Shown here: positions 48,480-55,599 of the stretch, piece after piece
Numbering within the stretch: the first letter of the stretch is position 1
Layout: each line of letters starts with the position of its first letter
From: Peptococcaceae bacterium UBA5356
GTDB lineage: Bacteria > Bacillota > Peptococcia > DRI-13 > DTU073
DNA length: 56,927 bases
Assembly (NCBI GenBank): GCA_002407935.1
Contig: DHPU01000066.1
Coordinates: 1 to 56,927 of the forward strand
Reading direction: 5' to 3'
The notes under the pieces: model-generated
What the model saw: the letters and a program-made list of their open reading frames with translations, nothing else
Told to the model about the DNA's origin: nothing
Database searches by the model: none
Made by a program: the position numbers and the translations under genes

Positions 48480-49586
48480 GTGGTAAATGTGATGAATAAA
48501 GGAATTCGGCAAATTAAAGTAGATTTGGCGGAAAGAAGTTATGCTATTTTATTAGGGGAGAACATTTTACCGGAATGTGTAGCCGGACTAAAGGAGTTTT
48601 GTCGGGAAGAAGAGGTTTTTCTCGTTAGTGATACCCTGGTTTATGGTTATTACGGCAAAGAACTGGAGAGATTATTAGCACAGGAAGGTTATCGTGCCGT
48701 TACTTATTTGATCGAACCGGGGGAAAGCTCGAAAAGCTGGGCGGTTGCCGAAAAAATCCTTGATTATATGTTGGAAAAGAACCTCAGCCGTAAAACCCCT
48801 TTGCTCGCTTTAGGCGGAGGGGTAGTCGGTGACTTGACGGGATTTGTCGCGGCTCTCTACCGGCGAGGGGTTCCTTTAATTCAGATTCCGACGACGTTGC
48901 TCGCTCAAGTGGATAGCAGTGTGGGCGGTAAAGTCGCTGTTAATCATCCGCACGGCAAAAACATGCTAGGCACTTTTTATCAGCCGCGGGCGGTCTGGGC
49001 CGATTTGTGTACTCTGGAGACCCTAAATTTACGGGAATGGCGGGCCGGGCTGGCGGAGGTGTTGAAATATGCCCTTTTGTGGGATAAAGAGTTCTTTGTC
49101 TATTTAGAGGAACAGGCGGAGCAGATTCTTCAAAAAAACCCCAGTGTTTTACTTGCTGTAATTGAACGTTGTATCCGGATTAAGGCGGAGATTGTGCAGC
49201 AGGATGAAAGAGATGAAGGATTGCGAAATGTCTTAAATTTGGGGCATACGATTGGTCATGCTTTGGAAAAGGCCACAGATTTTCAGCAATATCGTCATGG
49301 CGAAGCTGTTGCCATTGGTCTAAGAGCAGTTTTTAAATTAGCGGAAAAAATGGGAATGATCACCCAGGAAGGACGGCAGAGGGTGGAAGAATTAATGCAG
49401 ACGTGGGGTTTACCTCTTACTTTACCGGCTGCTGTCCTTGCGGATGTTTTAGGGTTGCTCAAGTTTGATAAAAAGGTAGAAGGAAAGGAGCTTCTTTTTA
49501 TTCTTCCTGTTGAGCTTGGCAAAGTAGCAGTGCAAAAGGGCATTGGAGAGGAAGTAGTGGAGCAGGTGCTGCAAGAGATGCTCTAA
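48480..49586 (+). CDS. aroB: 3-dehydroquinate synthase
   Basis: GGGVVGDLTGF, VDSSVGGK and GHTIGHA motifs. ATG 48492 is an alternative start. Confidence 0.92.
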   Translation: MVNVMNKGIRQIKVDLAERSYAILLGENILPECVAGLKEFCREEEVFLVSDTLVYGYYGKELERLLAQEGYRAVTYLIEPGESSKSWAVAEKILDYMLEKNLSRKTPLLALGGGVVGDLTGFVAALYRRGVPLIQIPTTLLAQVDSSVGGKVAVNHPHGKNMLGTFYQPRAVWADLCTLETLNLREWRAGLAEVLKYALLWDKEFFVYLEEQAEQILQKNPSVLLAVIERCIRIKAEIVQQDERDEGLRNVLNLGHTIGHALEKATDFQQYRHGEAVAIGLRAVFKLAEKMGMITQEGRQRVEELMQTWGLPLTLPAAVLADVLGLLKFDKKVEGKELLFILPVELGKVAVQKGIGEEVVEQVLQEML

Positions 49587-49595
49587 GACAAAAAA

Positions 49596-49635
49596 GCAAA
49601 AAAAAGGCCTCCAATTTTTTGAAGGCCTTTTTTTC
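49596..49635. terminator. Bidirectional terminator shared by aroB and the convergent zinc-ribbon gene
   Basis: A-tract, AAAGGCCT..AGGCCTTT stem, then T7. Confidence 0.7.
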
Positions 49636-49921
49636 ATTTAAACGATAATATTTTAGTTAAATATCCGGAGAAAAAGGACACAGGAAGTCCCAAAAGGACA
49701 AGGATCCCTGTCCATTTAGCTCCCAGATAATCATATAACAGAAAAGGAATTATTAAAAAGAGTAAAAAAGTTCCTAACGCCACAACCCAAGCTTTACTAA
49801 CGGCATTTTGGTAATACTGAAGATATTTCTGGGAGACCTTTTTCTTACAATGAGGGCATTTTGTAGTCGTAGGGGTGATTGGCCCATGACATTCCGGACA
49901 TGTCAACTTTTTTGCAGACAT
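49634..49921 (-). CDS. Zinc-ribbon membrane protein of unknown function
   Basis: CPEC..CPHC zinc ribbon followed by two TM helices. RBS GAGGAGG. Confidence 0.65.
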   Translation of the reverse strand: MSAKKLTCPECHGPITPTTTKCPHCKKKVSQKYLQYYQNAVSKAWVVALGTFLLFLIIPFLLYDYLGAKWTGILVLLGLPVSFFSGYLTKILSFK

Positions 49922-50007
49922 ATTTTACCTCCTCGTGAATGTTTACGTTTGTATAGTTACTTCTCTAATTTTGAGGCGAATCCTTTTTTATAGTTGAAAA
50001 ATTAAAA

Positions 50008-50024
50008 ATCCGCTTTTAGCGGAT
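50008..50024. terminator. Hairpin downstream of tRNA-Pro
   Basis: ATCCGC-TTTTA-GCGGAT, flanked by A and T runs. Confidence 0.6.
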
Positions 50025-50034
50025 AAAAAAGCAA

Positions 50035-50199
<165 letters not shown>

Positions 50200-50229
<30 letters not shown>

Positions 50230-50650
50230 GAACAATTCCCACAGTCGCTCAGCCAGGCTTTTCTCGATAAGATCATCTTTGATCGCTGCAAACAACCCAT
50301 CTAATGATTCATAAGCGTTCACCCGGTGGAAATATGATAGAAGAATATAGAGAAGATAACAACTTGTTACATGAGTAATCTGAGCGTCAAAATCCCTCGA
50401 TTGACAAGTCCCTAATTTTAGGTACTGTTTGGTTTCCTTGAAAAATACTTCTATGGTCCAACGGACGCTATAAATCTCTATCATACTCAAGAATCCAAGG
50501 GATGTATCCGTTGAGAGAAACAGCCTCCGCTTTTTTTGATAGGGAAAACGGCAATAAAACAATTTAACTTTTCCTATTTCTTCGTAATCGACGATGACTT
50601 CATAATAAAAGAGCTTTTTAATGCGTATAAAGAGGTGATTAAATGCAAAT
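50200..50650 (-). pseudogene. C-terminal fragment of an IS4-family DDE transposase
   Basis: Y-x2-R-x3-E-x6-K region IYSVRWTIEVFFKETKQYLKL. The open frame extends upstream only to about 50650, with no N-terminal or DD part. Its last 10 codons run into the 142-nt repeat. Confidence 0.75.
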
Positions 50651-50819
50651 AGGTGAATTTATATTAAACGATGTTGAAATACAAGAGTTAAAGAAAGAGT
50701 TTAAAATATTATTTAAAAAACCTGCACCGCCATATAATTATGATGAATTTGACGGGATTGAGGATTATAAAAAGAAAATAAAGATAATGATTGATTCAGG
50801 TAAGACACCTACTAAATAG
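50643..50819 (+). CDS. 58-aa hypothetical protein (below the ORF-track cutoff)
   Basis: My translation is MQIGEFILNDVEIQELKKEFKILFKKPAPPYNYDEFDGIEDYKKKIKIMIDSGKTPTK. RBS AAAGAGGTGA. Shares PYN and a C-terminal KTPTK with the next ORF. Confidence 0.5.
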   Translation: MQIGEFILNDVEIQELKKEFKILFKKPAPPYNYDEFDGIEDYKKKIKIMIDSGKTPTK

Positions 50820-51020
50820 TGAGTGTTTTTATTACTAGAGATAAAATGTATTTTTGATGAAACAAGATAGAGGGCATAGGGTTTTGTCCAATTGAAATTT
50901 ATTTTAATAAAAATCATTTGTTAAATTAGATGGTTATAAACCTAAATGTTATATAATAGATCCAGATACGTTAAAAAAGAAGGATTTAGCATTATATAAC
51001 TTTATTGAGGAGATGGTTAA

Positions 51021-51242
51021 ATGAACAAAGAACACAAAAAATTATTGTTAAAAACATCAAAGTTACTAGAGTTTGAAAAAATAATTGTCTTTAATAATAT
51101 CCCCTACAATAATTGGAGAAACGACAAAGAAGTATTTGACCATTACAGTAAAATGTTAGAAAACGCTACATCTCCATACAATCATACTGACCCTAGAGAA
51201 GCTTTTATAAGTAAAACACCTACTAAAGGGAGTTCAACTTAG
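51021..51242 (+). CDS. 73-aa hypothetical protein, apparent paralog of the 58-aa ORF
   Basis: RBS GAGGAG. The F..I..F..PYN...D.Y.K...KTPTK pattern is shared with 50643-50819. Followed by a terminator. Confidence 0.5.
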   Translation: MNKEHKKLLLKTSKLLEFEKIIVFNNIPYNNWRNDKEVFDHYSKMLENATSPYNHTDPREAFISKTPTKGSST

Positions 51243-51296
51243 GGATTTACGAAAACAAGTAAATTTTGACCGACTCTTTTCAAGCGGAGGCTCGAA

Positions 51297-51342
51297 AGAA
51301 AAGACTGCACCGAAGGATAAAACCTTTAGTGCAGTCTTTTCT
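51297..51342 (+). terminator. Intrinsic terminator
   Basis: GAAAAGACTGCAC..GTGCAGTCTTTTC followed by TTC. Confidence 0.7.
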
Positions 51343-51461
51343 TCATCGAAAACATAAACGCTGATACCCTATGATGACCAAAACGGCGGGTTCTTGTGGG
51401 GTCTAATTCATTTTTGGAGTTCGTTTGGTGTTTTAGGGGTGTTTGTGTATAGCTGCCCATT

Positions 51462-51739
51462 TTGAAAATCGATAATACCAAGCTTATCGCTGATTTTATC
51501 GAAAAGGTACGTCGCTCCGCAATAGAGATGCTTTGCTTGCAGAAATGGTACCGGTTGATACTTTGGACGTTAGTTCAATTGAGCAGGAAGCCGACACTCC
51601 TAAGCAAAGCGAAAGTGGCGGTAGTTCACTTAATTATGATAATGGGATAAGATATGAGTATTGTACTAATATAGATGCCATTTATCAAGCATTATTCACC
51701 GTTAGTATTTCTGAAGTTGCAGCCACTATAGAAGAATAG
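51462..51739 (+). pseudogene. Gene remnant in two overlapping frames (probable frameshift), function unknown
   Basis: ORFs 51462-51650 and 51533-51739 overlap in different frames. Both would need TTG starts and neither has an RBS. The joined reading ..VRRSAIEML/LAEMVPVDTLD.. is continuous. Confidence 0.35.
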
Positions 51740-51746
51740 AAGGCTA

Positions 51747-51775
51747 AGAAAAGACCTCTCTATGGAGTCTTTTCT
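51747..51775 (+). terminator. Hairpin terminator
   Basis: AGAAAAGACCTC-TCTATG-GAGTCTTTTCT (one bulge). Confidence 0.6.
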
Positions 51776-51820
51776 TATTAAGAATCATATATCATCAAAT
51801 TGGCAATAATATATCGTGGT

Positions 51821-51849
51821 TTGCATATATTCTATTGAGGTGGTATAAT
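51821..51849 (+). promoter_or_regulatory. Near-consensus promoter of the toxin-antitoxin operon
   Basis: TTGCAT (51821-51826), 17 nt, extended -10 TGgTATAAT (51841-51849). Confidence 0.7.
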
Positions 51850-51906
51850 ATGGACAAGAATAAAAAAAAAAAACTCGATGTGCAAGTTCAAAAGGGGGTA
51901 AAAAAT

Positions 51907-52074
51907 ATGGATACAATAATAAAAAGACCCTGTACTATATTGAAATCTATTGAAGATAGTTTTAAACAAATTAAAGAAGTAGAGAATAACAAAAAGCAAT
52001 TTAAATCTCTAAAAGAATCTAGGGCATTATGGAAACAATGGGCAAAGGAAGCTGATAATGAGTCAGACAGATGA
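51907..52074 (+). CDS. Putative antitoxin (55 aa)
   Basis: ATG 51907 lies 8 nt after AAGGGGG and downstream of the predicted transcription start. Overlaps the toxin start by 17 nt. No recognisable DNA-binding fold. Confidence 0.55.
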   Translation: MDTIIKRPCTILKSIEDSFKQIKEVENNKKQFKSLKESRALWKQWAKEADNESDR

Positions 52075-52438
52075 TTTTAATATTTACGAAATTATCCCTA
52101 CCGATAGATTTAACAATGATGTAAAGTATTATATTAAGAAAAAGAAATTTACACGTCTTGAAAATGATATTGATGACATTCTTTGTTCTTTAGAAAAAGG
52201 GGATTTTCAAGGAGAAAAAATAGAAAGTTTAAAATTTCCTAAAGAAAGAGATGTTTATAAAGTAAGAGCAAAGAATTCTAATGCCGATGCGGGTTTATCT
52301 AACGGTTATAGATTGATATATTATGTACAGGTTGATAATAATATTGTATATTTGATTACTATTTATTATAAAAAGGATGATAATAAAATTCCTACAAATA
52401 ATGAAATAGTAGAAATGATTAATAAGTATTGTAATTAA
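52058..52438 (+). CDS. RelE/ParE-superfamily toxin (HigB/Gp49-like subgroup)
   Basis: 126 aa. Pattern VYKVRAKNSNADAGLSNGYRLIYYV..IVYLITIYYKKDDNKIPTNNEI matches the G(K)SGGYR(V)IYY...(F)KK...P..EI core of RelE-like toxins. Confidence 0.7.
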   Translation: MSQTDDFNIYEIIPTDRFNNDVKYYIKKKKFTRLENDIDDILCSLEKGDFQGEKIESLKFPKERDVYKVRAKNSNADAGLSNGYRLIYYVQVDNNIVYLITIYYKKDDNKIPTNNEIVEMINKYCN

Positions 52439-52536
52439 CTATTAATTGACTGACAATATTACTTTATTCAGTATATATTATTTACCGTAGGGCAGTGGTT
52501 GATTAATTAAGTGAAAAAGCACAGTGGCGATAAAAA

Positions 52537-52560
52537 ACCTCTCTTGCAGGGGTCTTTTTT
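52537..52560 (+). terminator. Weak terminator after the toxin gene
   Basis: ACCTCT-CTTGC-AGGGGT stem followed by CTTTTTT. Confidence 0.5.
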
Positions 52561-52716
52561 AATTAATCAATAAAGGGTGACTTGGCATCCTTAAATTGAG
52601 ATAGTACATATAAGACTTATTATTATAAGCTTTATTTACACTCAGTAAGGTAATAGAAATTCTGCGAACCACAAGTGAACATAAAAAGCCCTGGAGGTTT
52701 CGCACCTATTGAAACT

Positions 52717-52772
52717 GCTATCACAAGTTCCGATAGCACAACTTATATACGTATAAGTTGCAAGAGTAGTAT
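52717..52772 (+). promoter_or_regulatory. Hairpin plus 9-bp inverted repeat upstream of the recombinase gene, related to the opuA promoter motif
   Basis: GCTATC-N9-GATAGC (52717-52737). CAACTTATA-TACG-TATAAGTTG (52739-52760). GAGTAGTAT (52764-52772). Confidence 0.55.
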
Positions 52773-52834
52773 ATGAATATAAAGACAATTAAGATAATAC
52801 ACTACCAAAAATTAATCAAAAAGGCGGTGAGATT

Positions 52835-53619
52835 ATGTTAGACTTAAAGGGTAAAAAAGCAGTTTTTCTTTTACGTGTCTCTACTGAAAAACAGACAACA
52901 AAAAACGATAATATTTCAGATCAAAGAAAATTAGTAAACGAATTTATTGAAAAAGAAGAAATGATTTTAATTAGAGAATTTGTTGAAGGTGGAGTATCTG
53001 GTTTTAAAGTAAAAGTAATAGATAGAGACGCATTAACTACAATAAAAAGAATGGCAGATAATAAAGAATTTGATGTGCTTGTAGTTTATAAGTCAGACAG
53101 AATAGGCAGAACTACAGATGAGTCTCCTATGGTAATTAGATATTTAAATGAAAATGGGATAAGAGTATTTACTACAAGTGGACAAGAATTAAAAACCGAA
53201 ACACTGATGAATGAATTAATCACATATCTTGAATTTTGGAGAAATAAAGGTGAAAGTGTAAAAATATCAGAAAGAGCTACGGATTATAAAAAAATAGGTG
53301 TGCTTAATAAACTAATTAACAAAAAGAAAGAGAATCAAAAACAATTAGAATCAAAACAAAAGCAAATAATTATACTTAATCATTAATAAAAAAAGATGTG
53401 GATGAATTATTAATCTATATGAATTCTATTGATGAGGAAATATTTCAGAAAAAAATAGCTTTAAATGAATATGATTTATTAGAAAGCGGAATCGGCACTT
53501 GGGAAGAGAGGTATAAAACTGCCAATATTTTAGAAAAAAAAGCATTGTTAAATCAAATAATTGATAGAGTTACTTTTTTAGTAAAGATGCAGTTAGTGTT
53601 GATTATAAAATTACTTTAG
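52835..53619 (+). pseudogene. Large serine recombinase, internally deleted and split into two ORFs
   Basis: 52835-53386 has the resolvase catalytic domain (FLLRVSTEKQ, SGF, VVYKSDRIGR) and then jumps to a coiled-coil-like tail. 53398-53619 resembles the C-terminal end (LLNQIIDRVTF). The recombinase and zinc-ribbon domains are missing. Confidence 0.7.
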
Positions 53620-53710
53620 AGATTTTTAAAAAGAATAGTGAGGATAAAAGATGCTCAAATATAATTAAGGGGTGTAGCGATATTTTTGGTAGTGAAATGT
53701 CACAACTTAG

Positions 53711-53852
53711 GCTACCAAACTGCGCTACATCCCGATTTAAGCAAAAAACAAAATTAAGATAAAATATATTACTACACTTTAATATGATATGAACTTTAGC
53801 CGGATAAGTCAAAGGGAAAATTTTAAGCGCAGTTTGTCTGGAAAAATTCGTA
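53711..53852. repeat. 142-nt direct repeat, right copy (orphan tRNA-Pro 5' fragment plus promoter copy)
   Basis: 140/142 identical to 50088-50229. The -10 here reads TATCAT instead of TATAAT. Confidence 0.97.
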
Positions 53853-53899
53853 TTAGCTGATATACTTAAAGAAGGGAGTTCCCTGAGGAGGGGTTGCTT

Positions 53900-54454
53900 A
53901 TGGATAATCGACGAGAGCGTGATGCAAGGTATCTGGAGGCTTTGGAAGAGATTACGCAAAATCTTTGGCGTTGTAAAGAAAAATATAATTTAGTGGAAGA
54001 GGAAAATATGCCCTCTGCGCTAAGGTTAAAGGTTTGGGAAGAAAAGTTAACCACAGAAAGAAGATTATTGGAAGAGGTTAGTTTGCCTTGCCGCTTTATT
54101 TTGGAGCATTTTACTACTTTCATGGGTAAACCGGATCATACGGTGGGTTTTAGTTTGGGGCAGCAGTTTGAATTAGGGCGGGGAACAATTAATGATTTTT
54201 CAATCCACGATTGGGGAAATATTTGTCTCATGATCGGAAATTTTCGCCTTTGTTGGCGTGATCAGGATTATCAGTATCTTTTTTATCCCGATAAAGTAAT
54301 TTTACGCTCGGTGGATAGAAGTAAGCCGGAAATCCATCTCTTTTTTAACTTTGCTTTTAAGTATTCGAAGATATTAAGTGAATTTAAAGATGTTGCGACA
54401 GATTCTCAAACGCTTTATTGTTATCCTGATTTATTTGCCGAAGCAGCTGATTAA
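53900..54454 (+). CDS. Hypothetical protein (184 aa)
   Basis: ATG 53900 after GAGGAGGGG. Coiled-coil-like N-terminus. No recognisable motif. Confidence 0.6.
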   Translation: MDNRRERDARYLEALEEITQNLWRCKEKYNLVEEENMPSALRLKVWEEKLTTERRLLEEVSLPCRFILEHFTTFMGKPDHTVGFSLGQQFELGRGTINDFSIHDWGNICLMIGNFRLCWRDQDYQYLFYPDKVILRSVDRSKPEIHLFFNFAFKYSKILSEFKDVATDSQTLYCYPDLFAEAAD

Positions 54455-54490
54455 TAGTTAAATTAAAAAAAATTTAAAGATATAAATTTA

Positions 54491-54529
54491 GGGAGCCGGG
54501 GTGCACTTCACTTCAGGGGCTCTCTTTTT
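54491..54529 (+). terminator. Intrinsic terminator
   Basis: GGGAGCC..GGCTCTC stem followed by TTTTT. Confidence 0.6.
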
Positions 54530-54600
54530 GCTTGTTTAAAAAGGCACCCTTTTCTTGCTTAATTAATAAGCTAAGTAATGAGAAGAGGGGTGTTGCAGAG

Positions 54601-55593
54601 ATGAAAACTTCAGACTGCATAGATGCCGGTACGGAATATTGTCCGTGTTATTTGGCGGAAACGGGAGAATGTATTATGTGTTCCCAATTACAGGGCAAAG
54701 TTTTTTGTGATTGTACCAATTGGAAAGGAGTTTGTATTTACCAGGAATATATGTGGAATCATTTACATGCCAAGGAGAGCCGTAAGGAGTACCGGTGTAA
54801 AATTTTGATCTGTGAACAGGCAGCCCCCCTGGTGATACTCTTAACCGTACAAGTTAACAGAACTTTGGCCAGAGAACTAAAACAGCCGGGGGCTTACGTA
54901 TTTTTAAGACCGCTGGATAGTCCGCCTTATTTTGAGATACCTTTGTCGGTAATGAAGGCTGATGAAAGAGCGGAAACGGTTGTGCTTGCCGTACAGGAAC
55001 GGGGAGTAAAAACAAAATATTTATTTAAGCAAAGCACAGTGAAGAAGGAAGTAGAAATATTATTGCGCGGTCCTTTTTGGAACGGGATTTTAGGTTTATC
55101 TTATCTGAAGAGTCTGCAGAAAGAGAAGGCTCTTCTCGTTATTCGGGGGATAGGGCAGGCCCCTGCTGTACCTGTGGCCAAAAAGTTAATTCAGGGCGGT
55201 AATGAGGTGGAGGTACTCTTAGATACCGGTAAGATTCAAAGCGACTTTGCGGCAGCTTTGTTTAGAGAGATGGGTTGCCATGTAGTTGCCCAAAAAGTGT
55301 TAGATGTGGAAAAATTACTAATTCCCGACGAAGTATTAACTTATATCAAAGATAGTTTTATGAAGAACGGAGTTAAGTTGATTTATTGTGGCGGCCCGGA
55401 GTTGTTGCACCGGGGGGTAAGTGCGTTAATTCAGCAAACGGGTAGTAAGGTTGATTTAGCATGCTCAAATGATGCCAAATTATGTTGTGGTGAGGGAATT
55501 TGCGGGAGCTGTCAAACGAGGATAGTTAACGGAAGTAGAACAAAGATCTGTAAAACACAATTGGATCCGCGTGATTTATACGGAGGGAGGTAA
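54601..55593 (+). CDS. PyrK-like FAD/NAD(P)-binding electron-transfer subunit with an extra N-terminal Cys-rich domain and a C-terminal 2Fe-2S motif
   Basis: N-terminus CIDAGTEYCPCYLAETGECIMCSQLQGKVFCDCTNWKGVC. Ferredoxin-reductase-type core (LLVIRGIGQAPAVPVAK). C-terminus C-x7-CCGEGICGSC. ATG 54601. Confidence 0.7.
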   Translation: MKTSDCIDAGTEYCPCYLAETGECIMCSQLQGKVFCDCTNWKGVCIYQEYMWNHLHAKESRKEYRCKILICEQAAPLVILLTVQVNRTLARELKQPGAYVFLRPLDSPPYFEIPLSVMKADERAETVVLAVQERGVKTKYLFKQSTVKKEVEILLRGPFWNGILGLSYLKSLQKEKALLVIRGIGQAPAVPVAKKLIQGGNEVEVLLDTGKIQSDFAAALFREMGCHVVAQKVLDVEKLLIPDEVLTYIKDSFMKNGVKLIYCGGPELLHRGVSALIQQTGSKVDLACSNDAKLCCGEGICGSCQTRIVNGSRTKICKTQLDPRDLYGGR

Positions 55594-55599
55594 GGAAGA

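Larger units (their letters stand above)
50230..53710. mobile_element. Decayed AT-rich integrated element (about 3.5 kb) at tRNA-Pro
   Basis: Bounded by the 142-nt direct repeats. Visibly AT-richer than its flanks. Carries a transposase fragment, a toxin-antitoxin pair and a disrupted serine recombinase. Confidence 0.85.

Noticed and set aside
53603-53959. 118-aa minus-strand ORF spanning the right repeat.
   Set aside because: Same artefact as above. It covers the orphan tRNA fragment and promoter copy and has no RBS.
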